A DNA stretch of 62,850 bases, counting the filler, from Dugesia japonica (Eukaryota): NCBI GenBank assembly GCA_001938525.1. It is 5 parts of 5 records of this genome, joined end to end, with 100 filler letters (N's around TTAATTAATTAA, not from the genome) between each part and the next. Parts side by side here need not be neighbours in the genome. Positions count along the whole stretch, not along the records: positions 28,170 to 41,681 come from MQRL01590048.1; positions 41,782 to 62,850 come from MQRL01597813.1; 3 more parts are not named here. One strand, given 5' to 3'. The translations under genes and the position numbers were made by a program. Below are positions 35,346-47,949 of this stretch, in pieces. Position 1 is the first letter of the stretch, and the number at the start of each line of letters is the position of its first letter. Below the pieces are notes generated by a model that saw nothing but the letters and a program-made list of their open reading frames with translations, was not told the origin of the DNA and did not search any database.

Positions 35346-38300
35346 TTCGGTGGCTGTTTTGATCTCAAAGGATATCTATGATTCTCCATAACTTTTTGTT
35401 GATCTGGATTTTTCTGTATCTTTTTGGCTTTTATATGTTTATCTTCAACCATTTCCGTGTTTGCTGGTATAGATTTCTAGCATCGATTAGCATGCACAAG
35501 TATTGGTTCATGATTTAGCTTACTTTTTAGCTGTAACAGTACATTAGTCTTTGTAGTTTTTACAATTTCATATGGTCCTTTAAACGGTCTTATCAACTTT
35601 GGTGGCAATACTTTTTTATTCGAATGTCCTTCCAGCATTACTAAATCTCTGACTATAAATGAATTTTATTTAGTTGCCTGTCATATCTTTCTTTCATTGA
35701 TTCTTGATTGAATTTAATGTTTAATCCGGCTCTGGCCCACACCTCTTGTAACCTTTCTCTCAATTCTATTGCATAATCTTTTTCATTCATGTATTGTAAA
35801 ACCTTGGAACAGAAGATTAAATAAACTGGCATATTTGCATGTCCTCGATACATCATAAAGAATGGTGATTGTCCTATACTTGGTTGAATCGCGTTTCTGT
35901 ATTCAAATAAACATGAAAGAATATGTAAATTCCAGTCGGTTTGATTTGCATTGACATATGATGTGAGCATATTAGAAAGTTACATCATATTACATCATCG
36001 ATATACACGATGGCGTGATCTACATATATTATGTAAAGTTCATCACTCTCTGAAAAATGGCTGGTGCTTCGGTTAAACCGAAAGGTATTACATTATACTC
36101 AAACAGTCCTTTATCTGTAGCAAATGCTGTGATTGCTTTATCCTTTTTTTCCATCTCTACTTGATGAAATCCCAAATTTGCGTCTAAGATTGAAAGTTTT
36201 TTGGTGTTTCGTATCATTTCCTCTATTAACGGTAGAGGGAAAGCATTCTTTATAAATACTTCATTAACTGCTCTGTAATCGATACATAAACGTATTCATC
36301 CTCCTTTTTTCTTAACAACAATTAATGGTGTACACCAGGGTGATTTACTTGGTCTGATTAGATTATATTTGCGTAGTAGTTCAACTCTTTCATTAACAGA
36401 TTTTAGTAATTGCTCCAGTATTGGATATGGACGTTCTTTGATTGGAGCAGAATTTGTTAATTTGATATCGTGTTTTAAAATATTGCATATTCCTAAATTA
36501 AATTCATGTTTAGAGAAAATATCTCCGTATTTTCTCAGTAAATTCAGGAAATCCATTTTTTCTTCCATTGACAGATCTGAGTTCATTACTGAAGGTGGAT
36601 CCTACGTTTCTATCTCCTCAACATCAAGTCATGATGTCTTCTAAATATAAGATGCTTTGCTATAAATGAACAGCATCCAAATATTAATTTCCAAATGCAT
36701 CCAATCATTTTATAGATGCCTGCTATTGATAATGTCTGTTCAGCTGGTACTTTGATTATTACTAGTATACTATTTAATTTAATAGTATACCTGAAATTCC
36801 TGCCATGGTTGTTCCAAAAGCAGTGAAGCCTTCCAATATGCATCCCCATATTTAAAGTGCTACACTTTTAGCTACATGCTTACAATGTTCTATTCCGAAC
36901 AATAGATTATAATCTGGGATTTGAATCCCATTCCGATAGATAGTTTTTATAATTTCTAAAATTCCTCATTCTCTCACTTGGGGAAATAATATCGTTTTTA
37001 ATGCCTCGTCTATATCTAGATTTATATGTCGATTATAGATTTCGTGTCGTTCAATTTTAAGGAGGTAAAAGAAGGGTTGGAACAGAATATACTCTGATAA
37101 TGTCATTAGTTAAATTTTTATGCGATGTCAAACATTTTTTTGTTTGTTATATAAAATTTGAATTTAAAATGCTTTATTTTTAATTATTTATTTTTGGATT
37201 GTTCTTGATTAACAAGTTAGGGAAATTCAGTTAAAATAAAGTTAATTAATAACTCTAATTTTTTATTTAAAGATAATCTAAATTCAGTTAAACTAAATTA
37301 TGTAAACTAATTTATTGGTTTTAAATCGATTGATTTTGTTTTAATTAAATTTTTTTAATTAAATAAAAACAATTTTTAATAAATAATCACGTTCTTGAAA
37401 CTACTTTGTTTCTTTTTTAATTAACTGAATTCATTTAATTTAATGATTTAATTTCAATTGAGTTTGAATACTTTTGTTTAAATTACATTCTTTGGTTCCA
37501 AATATTTAGGAAATTCTCATTAATAGTTCATTTTATTTAACATTTCATTAAATTTGCATGAGTAATAATTTTACTGCGATTAATGTAATAAAGCTATGCC
37601 GCAATTAGGGACCAAAATAACGTCATTTCGTTTTTCTTTATTGTCTATTTGAAAGAAACAATAAGTTTGTGCCAACGAATCGACTCACATTCAATAGGAC
37701 ACTAACGAAAATAATTTAAATAACAAATTAAACTAAAAATGTAGTATCATTGAATTTATTAAAAGATTTTACTTTAAATGAGAAACTTTTTTTTATGGGT
37801 CTGGTCCGTTGGACCAAAATAAAAGGGTGAACTCTTGCATTCATATTAAATGGGAAGTTACCGGAGCGATCCCGAAGATGATCTTAGAACAACCATTAAA
37901 ATGCTTGCGGTTTTCATGAGCATACCCCTAAGTGATTATTTTGAATATCAAACTCATGAAAATTCAACAAAGACTTGAATCAACAATTTGCTACCAGAGT
38001 ACTACTAATAATGATTCTGTTCGAACGTTAACGTTATAATTTAATGAAAATTTAGTTTAACTATTTGACATGAGATGATACCCTGACTTTAATTAATGGT
38101 TTAATTAGAAACTTTAATAAGGATTAGGTAAATTAGGTAAGGTAAAATCCTCATTTTAGTAATAATTTTGAATTAATGTTTGAATAACTGCTTGTGATTA
38201 CTACTGATAGTCTAATAATAATTGAATAGCGTAATAATACATAATTTAATAACCAGTTTTGTTAATGACTTTATTTGATTTCGATGCTAATTTGGTTCCG

Positions 38301-38692
38301 ATGCTTAACGTATGAATATTCATAATGATTTCTAGTAAAACCATACTTTCAGAAATGAATTTTATTTAATATTTAATTGATAAATTATTATAATGCTTTA
38401 AATAATAATTATTTTCCTAAATTTTAGTCTTCATTTCATTGGTTTTATCTTTAATTTCGAATTTTGAATGACTATTGCTAATAAGAATTTCATATATTAG
38501 TTAGTAGAATGTTTTAATTAAAAATAGTGTTTGGTATCACATAATTATAATATAGGATTTAGATACAATGATAAAGTGCTTCAACTCAGACTTTAATCAT
38601 AACTTTAATCATAAGAACGTTATAACATTTTGTACTCAGTAGTTTAATAGGATACATATTGGTTTCATTTTCTTAATTAATAACATCTCAAT

Positions 38693-40304
38693 TAGGGTTT
38701 TTCATAAACAGTGGTTTTCAAAAAACAGCTGTTACTGTTTTTAATTTTAGAAAAAACAGCTGTTTTTACTGTTTTTTATTTTTCTCAAATTTCTTAAGGT
38801 AAAAGATAACATTTTATCGCTAACTAACATTTCATTTTATCATATATAAAAAAAACCATTTAACAATTATATTTCTACTTCTTATAATAGTATTTTAAAC
38901 ACACAAGATCTTGAAGTGATCTATCAGAAAGACTCGATCTTATTTTGGTGCAAAAGTTACTGCACACTGAAAATACGCGTACCACATCTGAAGATGTTGG
39001 TTTAATGTAAAGAATTGCGTTATATAATTTTTGTTGGTTTTCAGTTCACTGACCTGTATTTTTGAATAATGTAAATTCTGATTTGATCCACTTAAACACT
39101 GATTCTAATCTTGAGAAATGTTATGATAATTCATCTTTTTGGAGCATAAACATAATTTTCCAATCTTTTTCGGTGCTTACTAATGTTACTTTTTCGCGAC
39201 TAAGATTATCGACAGTTAATTTTACAGGTTTCATTGCTCTGTTTAAAATCAAAATTTTCAATCATGGTTAATGCTGGAAATCAATTAATGTCTCAAAAAC
39301 CGCTTAATATCGAGATACAGTTCTATCTCGTGGACTATTTCCTCATACTTTGCCAAGAAACACATTATTGTTAACAGGAGATTTTTTGATAAAGCTAATA
39401 AGTTTCCTTGACTTCTCTAATAGATCGTGATAATACATTTTTTGCTCTATTGCATCATTATTTAAAATTTCTATATCCATTCCATCATCAAATGTGTCAA
39501 TTTAATCAATTCCATTACTATCCATAATCTGATCATCATCATCCTCTTGAATTTTTCTTTTATATGATGTATTAAAATTGTCCGATTACATCAATACATC
39601 GAATATATTTTTTATTGACAGCAGCACCATTCTACGTTGATCCAACAATATCTTTAGCTAAATTAATGTTAAATCCAACTAAATGATTTCCTATTGCCTC
39701 AAACATATCAAGAGTAGAGCATGAACCAAGGATACGCACAAGACCAGTTTTAATTGTTGCTCTATCATCACTGCTATGAATATTAACGCCAAAATGTTGT
39801 CTTCCTCGATTAGTTATGTACTCATCAACACATGTTAAATTTTACTCCATTTTCAAGCTTTTCTTTTATGTTTGCAATTATTTTATTTCTCTTTTCTTCA
39901 TAATTTGTGGCATATTCCTATATCAATGACATCGCTGATAGCAATAATTATGTATTAATATCAAAATTATTTAATCTATATTTTCACTTACTTTTGTAAT
40001 TATTTGAACAGTATTTTTATTTAAAATTTTCATCGATAAGATAAACAAAATCACTAATACAATGAAAAGTTTTCCGTTTTTCCGTTACATTCTGATGTAA
40101 GTGCTTTCAAATCTGAAGATTTTAAAAAGATATTTGAAATTTTATCATTACAAAAATACATTTATTTTGATACATAAATTTATTTAAATAATAAATTATT
40201 TGCATTGAGAATTTATTTTGAAAAAAACCGATATTTACTGTTTTTAGATTTTCGCAAAAAACAGTGGTTTTACTGTTACTGTTTAACAGTTTTGAAAAAC
40301 CCTA
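38693..40304 (-). mobile_element. hAT transposon, internally deleted and decayed
   Basis: TIR TAGGGTTTTTCA / TGAAAAACCCTA; perfect 8-bp TSD ATCTCAAT (38685-38692, 40305-40312); transposase pieces CVDEYITNRGR, NGAAVN and dimerization motif KPTSSDVVRVFSV..RSSLSDRSL. Confidence 0.93.
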
Positions 40305-40409
40305 ATCTCAATCAAAATAGTATGATAGGCATGGAAAATATAAAATCGAATAAATATGATTATCATTGTGTTTTACGTATTAATAAAAAAGTAACTTGTA
40401 ATTTGTCCA

Positions 40410-41357
40410 GGAATATCGGGAAATTTCTCACTGAAAGAGGCGTAACAGTCCTTGCAAAGATCGAGCTTTGTCGCACCGCTAACTAACCAGATGGCGATCC
40501 TGTACAATTCGTGAACTAGTGAAGGAACCGATCATGATTCGTGGTGGATGTACCGAAAAATCTCCGGCTACGAGAATTGGAGATCCAGGACTAACAAGCC
40601 GAGATAACGAAGTTGAAAACCCACAACAAACTGTTAAAAGATCAGATCCAGCTACATGAACAGAACAGGGATCAATTTCGAAACCTCTCAGGAACTCACC
40701 AACCATCAGGAATCGAGACACCATCTGGAAAACGTCTGGATCAATGTATTGAGTGAGCAATCCCAGTGCTCACCGTGCATCTAGAACCGCTCGAGACAGA
40801 AGTATAAAATGAGTTAAAATTGATTTTATGCTGTTTTCTTGTAACAATCGAATAAATAATAAAAAATGATAATATAAAGTAAATGCCTCTGAGGATTATA
40901 AACTTAATTAAACTCGTGATAATTAAAATCTAAGTTACATATGATGAGTCTGAATTAAAGCTATTGTCAATTTATTTAAACTTGCTAATGTCAGAACTTA
41001 TATTGCTCACGAAATTGTTTAATTTAGAAAATGCCAATTCGCAGTTCGAAACCATCACAGGAGAAAGTATTGTTAGAACAGCAAAAGTTACGGAAGAAAG
41101 TCAAAGAACTGAATGATACGATCAGCTTTACCCAAAAAATGTGGGCGGTATTACGAAAACGGTTGAGTGTGAGTCGACGGAGGAAACTCACACTCATCAC
41201 CAACAACAGAATGCTAGCAGATGTCATCAAATCGTATGCCGACCGCGAGGCTTCAATTCTTGCAAATTTCAAACTATTGTGGAAAGATTATGGAAATAAA
41301 GATCGAACTGATTCTAATTGTGTCATTACTGAGGACACGATATTTGGTTCTCCGTGA
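40410..41357 (+). pseudogene. Unknown two-block coiled-coil module, copy 2
   Basis: Block A: EGTDHDSWW plus AEITKLKTHNKLLKDQI. Block B: intact 108-aa ORF 41031-41357 with NNRMLADVIKSYADRE. Confidence 0.55.
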
Positions 41358-41681
41358 AGTGTAAAATATAGCGATAACTAGATTCTTTTTCATTCATTTG
41401 ACAAAAACAGATATTTCACGAGATTGAACTGAGCAAGAACTAACATCTGAAGGACTTTCTCAAAACGGAATACAGCATAGTCCCGCATGAACCATGGGGT
41501 AGATAATTAACACAGGTGGTTGATCAAATTTCTGCCGGTTTTTAAGTAACTACCCATAGTAAAGAAATGCAAGAAAAAACGAGATAGCGAACGAGAAAAA
41601 TTCTGGAAATATCGAAAACCTAGAAACGCAACATTTTTATGAAAAAATTTTAACCGGATTTGTGTAAAGTTTTTAGTTAAT

Positions 41682-41781
41682 NNNNNNNNNNNNNNNNNNN
41701 NNNNNNNNNNNNNNNNNNNNNNNNNTTAATTAATTAANNNNNNNNNNNNNNNNNNNNNNNNNNNNNNNNNNNNNNNNNNNN
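41682..41781. other. Artificial scaffold linker
   Basis: N44-TTAATTAATTAA-N44. Confidence 0.97.
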
Positions 41782-42493
41782 ACTTTTTAAAAAAAATTTT
41801 CAAAAAAAAAAAAAAATTCTCGTCAAAAAAAAATTCTCCTCAAAAAAAAATTCTCGTCAAAAAATTCTCGTCAAAAAAAATTCTCGTCAAAAAAATTCTC
41901 GTCAAAAAAAATTCTCGTCAAAAAAAATTCTCGTCAAAAAATTCTCGTCAAAAAAAATTCTCGTCAAAAAAAAATTCTCGTCAAAAAATTCTCGTCAAAA
42001 AAAATTCTCGTCAAAAAATTCTCTACCCCCCCCCGGGGGGCGTGATCTATGAAATAAGTTCTTTGTTTAAATGGACTTAAAAAATTTTTCGATAAAAGTA
42101 TGACTCCCGATCTATGATTTTCGTTCTTTGTTAATTGGACATAGAAAAAATTTTGAAAAAAAGTATGACTCCTGATCTATGANNNNNNNNNNNNNNNNNN
42201 NNNNNNNNNNNNNNNNNNNNNNNNNNNNNNNNNNNNNNNNNNNNNNNNNNNNNNNNNNNNNNNNNNNNNNNNNNNNNNNNNNNNNNNNNNNNNNNNNNNN
42301 NNNNNNNNNNNNNNNNNNNNNNNNNNNNNNNNNNNNNNNNNNNNNNNNNNNNNNNGCCTTCCATGAGTCATACCGATGACTCATCGTCTTTGTCTCGAGT
42401 CAACAATGACTCACACCTATGACTCATCACCACAGCTCTATTTTTCCTTCGTCAGCGGGGGGGGGTGATCTAGTGCGCTACTATCTACCTACT
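41782..42493 (-). mobile_element. Probable Polinton/Maverick terminal inverted repeat arm
   Basis: Terminus (minus strand) AGTAGGTAGATAGTAGCGCACTAGATCACCCCCCCC; internal atgactc repeats and a tandem array. Confidence 0.55.
41805..42022. repeat. Tandem repeat A(6-10)TTCTCGTC, about 13 copies
   Basis: Read directly; the A-run length varies. Confidence 0.95.
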
Positions 42494-42859
42494 ATCATAT
42501 ACACTATTTTCATTAGATTTTGTACAAAACTACTTAAATTTCATGAATAATACAACAATTTCAATTAATAGTTAAATAAATTGTTGTTTACATTTACGTT
42601 AAATTTTAATACATTTACTATTTTCAATTTATTTACAATAAAAATAGTATTCAATTGTCAAGATCAGATAAGTAAAATAAAATAATAATAATTGTTAGGG
42701 TCAAAAATTAAATATAATTAATTGTCATGATTAATTATCAGCAAAATAAGATATAATTTATTGTCAAGATTAATTGTCAGGATCAAAATTAAAAATTGAT
42801 TATTATGATCGAAACGATTTTGGATTGATCGCCGTATTTCTTATATTGACTTGGTAGCT

Positions 42860-44230
42860 TTGGTTTAAGACCTATAATATACTCAATCTACTTAATATAT
42901 TCAATATAATCTATCGATTCATCAAATTTAATAAAACCATTCAATACATTTGATATATTTATTTCATCGAGATTTCTTGATTACTCTACTCAATACAGTC
43001 ATACAGCCAATGATCACTGAAAGCATGGGACACCTTATAATTTAAGTCAAATATACTTAATAAACTAAAAAGCACTCAAAAATATAAATAAACCATATAA
43101 CATAATAAACTCATAAAGCTAATACAATGTATCTACTAATCTAATCATCATAGTCACTTAATTAAAAATGCTAACTTCATTAAAAACAACTAATTCATAA
43201 ATTAATTAAATAATTAATTAAAAAAATCAGATCCTATACCAATTATATTGAACCCTAATGTAACAAATGGACTAAAAATTTAAATAGATATAAAAACCAC
43301 TGAAATATAAACAGGGACAAAACTTTAAAATATTACTAAGAGCAAATATATTAAGAACAACCTAGTAAAAACTAACTATTAACCTAAATAAAATTTAAAT
43401 ATTACAGGGAAAAGTAATCGAATAAAATTAAATACCGTAAGGGAAAATTTTAAAAACGAAACAGAGGTAAAATTAAAATACTAACCTGAAACAAAATTAA
43501 ATACTATCGAAGCAAAATTTACAACCAAACAATTCTAAAACTCTAAAATACTACCAATGTAAAAATTAAAAATACTAACAGAGTCAAAATTCCAAACTAA
43601 TACACTAGAAATTAACCTATATTAAAATTCTAAAATAAACACATGAAAAATCTGATATAGAAAAGTAAATGCCATTGGAAAATGAAATTTAAGAATAAAC
43701 CCATGAAATATCTTATATAAAAAACTAAATATCACTGTGGAAATATTTTCAAATACTGACAGAGTCAAAAATATCACTGTTTAAAATCGATGAATTAAAT
43801 ACCACTGAGAAAACGTCTAAAATAAGCCGGTGAAAATCTTATATACAAATTTAACTACTTCAAAATTAACGACATAAAATTAGCAGATTAAAATACTACT
43901 TGTGAAAGTCTTATATGAAAAATTAAATTATAAAATCAACTGCTAAAAATAAACATTTTAAAATTTACAGTCACAAATTACTTTATCTTAAAATTCTAAA
44001 ATATACTACTAAAATCTTATTTAGAAAATTAAATGCCACTGAAAAATTCATTTATAAAATATTAAATACCATTGAAAAAAAATTATATAGTAAAACTTTA
44101 ACCTAATTAAAATTCTTAAAATTAACTGTTTAAGATATTACCCGTAAAAATTTTGCATAAAAAATTTGATTCTTAATTTAACTGCTGAAAACCAATCGAG
44201 TAATATTTTTAAATAACATTAAATTAAAAT
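42860..44230. repeat. A-skewed dispersed repeat, copy 2
   Basis: Collinear with 10990-12360. Confidence 0.85.
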
Positions 44231-44354
44231 TTCTTATTTCTTTTATAATTACAATTATTGTGAGAATAATTGTTGGACTTAACTATTGATCGCATTTGAG
44301 ATTTCATTAAAATAAGATAAAGCTTCGATCAAAATAAAATTTATTTCTAAAAAA

Positions 44355-44388
44355 GTTCAAATTTTCGACAATAGTCTTCTTCAGGAAC
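44355..44388 (-). ncRNA. Minimal type I hammerhead ribozyme (PLE-type)
   Basis: GTTC-CTGAAGA-A-GAC tatt GTC-GAAA-AT-TT-GAAC: helix I GTTC/GAAC, palindromic helix III AATT. Lies in a PLE terminal fragment starting near 44248. Confidence 0.72.
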
Positions 44389-44999
44389 AATTTGGCTTCT
44401 TGAGATATTCAATACAATAGATCTTTGTTACTAAATTCTTTAAATTTTATCAAAGTTTTATTGGTTTATTTTTTTTAAATTTAATGATTTTAATTTTTAA
44501 AAAAAAATTTAAAATCATTAAATTTAAAAAAAAATAAACCAATAAAATTTTGATAAAATTTAAAGAATTTAGTAACNNNNNNNNNNNNNNNNNNNNNNNN
44601 NNNNNNNNNNNNNNNNNNNNNNNNNNNNNNNNNNNNNNNNNNNNNNNNNNNNNNNNNNNNNNNNNNNNNNNNNNNNNNNNNNNNNNNNNNNNNNNNNNNN
44701 NNNNNNNNNNGAAATCTTCTTATTTCTTATTATTGTATTATTATTTTGTATTTGTAATTATTATTATTATTGTATTTAAACTATACATGTGTTATATGTA
44801 TAATTTATTATGTGTTTCTGATTATGTATGCATTATATGTTTAATTTATTATTTACCTATAATTATGTTTGTATTTATAATTTATAATTATTATTTGCTA
44901 TTTATAATAAATTTTTTAAGATTTAAAATATTAATGCTTACAATAAATTAAATTGAAATATTAAAACAAGGAAAAATTCTGGATATAAATTGAAATAAT

Positions 45000-45292
45000 T
45001 TTAAAATTAATTTCAAATAAAAACGCGCAAAATTGGAATTGTGAAAAAATCCAAATATTTCGAAACATCTAAAAATTTTGAAAAAATTCGAACAAGGCAC
45101 ACAAAAGTACAAGCAAAAGTTATGAAATCACACAAATTTTGCTCATCGCCTATTTACATTGCGAATTTTTCAAATCACTTAAATAATCACACACCAATGT
45201 GTGTCGTCGCCAATTTACATTGGAAAATAGCAGATCACTTTTTACAAACAAGATTGGAAGGGGGTGATCTCGTGCCCTCATATCCTGCTACT
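45000..45292 (-). mobile_element. Polinton-like terminus abutting the ATPase fragment
   Basis: Minus-strand AGTAGCAGGATATGAGGGCACGAGATCACCCCC resembles the 42493 terminus. Confidence 0.5.
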
Positions 45293-45540
45293 TTGATTCT
45301 ATTTAAAAATCAATATATCAAACAGTTGTCGAGTTTTTAGTAAGGCAGGGTTGTCTTAATAATAGACAGTTTCTTATTGAATCATTTCAAGATGCAACAA
45401 TAAATCCGCATGATTATATTTTTCTCGACTTTACAAAATAATGTGCAGACAAACTAAAGATCAGAACCGATATTTTCAATCCTGATGGCGTTATCGTGTA
45501 TAAGCAAACTAAGCATCTATTATATTTTAAAAATGTTTAA
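45293..45540 (+). pseudogene. Polinton packaging ATPase (A32/FtsK-like) C-terminus
   Basis: LILFKN..EFLVRQ..QFLIESFQDATINPHDYIFLDF..KLKIRTDIFNPDGVIVY matches the LFKNPRD..LARQ..AYxDAT..PxGYLLxD..LRxRTxIF pattern. Confidence 0.85.
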
Positions 45541-45766
45541 ATTTAAAAAAATTATAGTTGATCAGATAATAATTATTCCTAAAATGAACAAACGCAAACG
45601 AACAAAAAGGCGTATTGTAAAAAACAAAAATGATAAAAGAGGAAACAAAGTAAACAGTTGAACATGTTTAAGAAGCTATCGAAACTGTATGGTAAGAAAT
45701 GTTTAACGTTAACAGAAAATGGAAGTCATTATAAATTAATACGGGTAAGTAATATCAAAATATAAA

Positions 45767-46085
45767 ATGAAAATACAATGGAGTGTTCCATTTTTAACGT
45801 CATTAATTAAATCTTCAAAATCAGCGAGAATTCAAATTTTGAAATTATTTAAAACATTTTTTATGGATAATTTAATTGAAAATATTATAAATATTGTTCT
45901 CGGAAATGTAAATGTGAGCAAAGCTAAGAAAGAAGTATTGTAAAACATAAAGAACGCTATTAACACTTAAAAATAAAAAACATAAGAAATTGAGGCGAGT
46001 AATTCGCAATAATCAAAGAAGTGGCTTTATAGTAGTATTTCTACCAATTGCATTAGCAGCACTAGGATTAACCAATTTCAAATGA
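45767..46085 (+). pseudogene. Polinton small basic protein typically found downstream of the ATPase
   Basis: PFLTSLIKSSKSARIQILK..NIVLGNVNVSKAKKEVL..NQRSGFIVVFLPIAL resembles the NxLxGNV..QxGGFL..L family. One stop and a frameshift. Confidence 0.65.
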
Positions 46086-46093
46086 ACAATGGT

Positions 46094-47700
46094 AGTAGTG
46101 GGATAGTGGCGAACAGTCACAATTTAAAATGGTCACACTTTGAAGTGGACCCCCAATCCCCTCCCTCTGGGGGGGCTCGACAACTGCTTACGATTGTGAC
46201 AGAATTTTTGTGACCATATTTATGGGGTGGAATAGATGGTTTTTCCTAGAACTATGATAGCGCACTGTCACAGTCGTATGAGTTATCATGGCGTGTTTTT
46301 TGGGAGGGTTTATTTTTGTATGTAGTTAATGAACTTTGTTGGTTGATGTATTGTTGGAAAGGTAATGTGATAGGAAATATTTTAAATGTTGATTGTGCTT
46401 TGTTTTTTTGATTTTAAGAGCTTGAATTTGATTGGTTAGTTTTTGTAAGTAGTATAAGTATGTTGAAAATTTTTTTCTGGATAAGGCGAGTGGTATGTGT
46501 AGAAAGAGAATTAATTATCAGATTTTGAAAGATTTATTTCTAATTTTTCTGCTGAGAGGTTATGGCGCCATAATTTGTGGAAATCTTTATTTTGGTTAAA
46601 AATGCTGTGTTTTGCTTAAAATGATGAACTATCAAATGGTATTTTTGATTATTTGATGTATTTTTGAGTATTTCTTGAGTATTTTTGATATTTTTGAGTG
46701 TAAAGGGTTGTTTCTTAATGGAGGAAGATGGGAGTCATGATATGTTTTGAATTTTTGCGGGAAATTTAAAATATTTTTTTTTGGCGGGAAATTAAAAAAA
46801 TTAGTTTTGGCAGGAAATTTAAAATTTTATATTTCAATGGGAGGAAATTTTTTTTAACTTAATTAAATTAATTGGAATTAAATTTAATTTAATTAAATTA
46901 AATTAAATTAATTTTTTTTGAGAAGACTTTATATTTTTGTTTGAGTTGGGACAGTCTTGATATTTTACATGGTATGAGTGAGTCTCTTTATTTAGCATGG
47001 GATGAGGGAAGTCTCTATGTTTAGTATGGGAAGAAGGGAGTCTCTATTTTTAGCATGGGGAGACTTTATATTTAACATGATGCAGACTTAATATTTGGCA
47101 AGGAATGGAGCAGTCTAAAATTCATAGTCATGTAGTTTTGATTGTATGTGTGTTGCATGTGAGTTGCATGCCTATTGCATTTATTAGAAAATCAATAAAA
47201 ATTAATAAAAATTCAAAATAATGGCTATGTCAAGTTTTAAAAATCCAAATGGCGACTATGTTGAGTTTAAAAAATTTCTTTTTGGTGGGAAATTTATAAC
47301 AAATTTTCATACGTGTAAATTTTAAGTCTATGTGTGTTGCATCTGAGTTGCATTCTTATTGCATTTATTTAAAATTTTTTTAAAAATATTTAAAATCAAT
47401 AAAACTTCAAAATGGTGGTTATGTTGAGTTTTAAAATTTTCTTTTTGGTGCGAAATTCATTTAAAATTCTAAGACGCGAGATTTTTAGTGTACGTGCGTT
47501 GCATCTGATTTGCATACCTATTGCACTAATCAATAAAAATTCCCACTCAAATGATTTTCAGTCTATGTTTTTTGCAGCTGTGTTTCATCTGAGTTAGATT
47601 TATTACAATTAATCTATCAAAAACCTTCAATGAGTGTAGTCTCTGTGATATTTATATGATAAAATATATATATCAAAAAACATGAAAGAAAAAGAAACTT
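46094..47700 (+). mobile_element. Probable Polinton/Maverick TIR arm with sub-terminal repeats
   Basis: Starts AGTAGTGGGATAGTGGCG; repeated ttggcgggaaatt, agtctctatttttagcatggga, gtgttgcatctgagttgcat and aaatggcgactatg units. Confidence 0.55.
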
Positions 47701-47949
47701 TGTTATATTTACATAATAAAATATTCAAATTAAAACTTTTCTTAACAAAATGATAAAAACATAGAATTTTTTCATACAAAAAACATATAGCTAGGTATTT
47801 GTTTTATAAAAAACATTACTAGTTCGAAATTTCTATACAAAACATATTATTCATGCAATGTTTTTTTAAAAAACCTATTAGTCATGTAATTCTTCTATAA
47901 ACAACATATTAGTCATGTAATTTTTCTATAAAAAACAAATAATAATTTA

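Larger units (their letters stand above)
32270..37000 (-). mobile_element. Gypsy-type element: RT, integrase, env-like ORF, accessory ORF with exonuclease domain, PPT and LTR start
   Basis: RT (SKSPWCTPLIVVKKK, IPFGLTEAPAIFQRVM); integrase (YRNAIQPSIGQSPFF, KGPYEI); PPT agggaggaat then TGTGTG at 32302. Confidence 0.85.

Noticed and set aside
9894-41737. Recurrent TTAATTAATTAA palindrome as a biological site
   Set aside because: Always centred in exactly 44+44 Ns; an all-frame-stop assembly linker. Synteny across these points is meaningless.
41805-42022. CRISPR-like or telomere-like array
   Set aside because: No unique spacers or cas genes, eukaryotic context; a simple tandem repeat inside a probable TIR.
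44425-44576. Near-perfect 150-bp palindrome
   Set aside because: Abuts an N gap; could be an assembly or amplification fold-back, or a PLE inversion. Not resolvable without reads.
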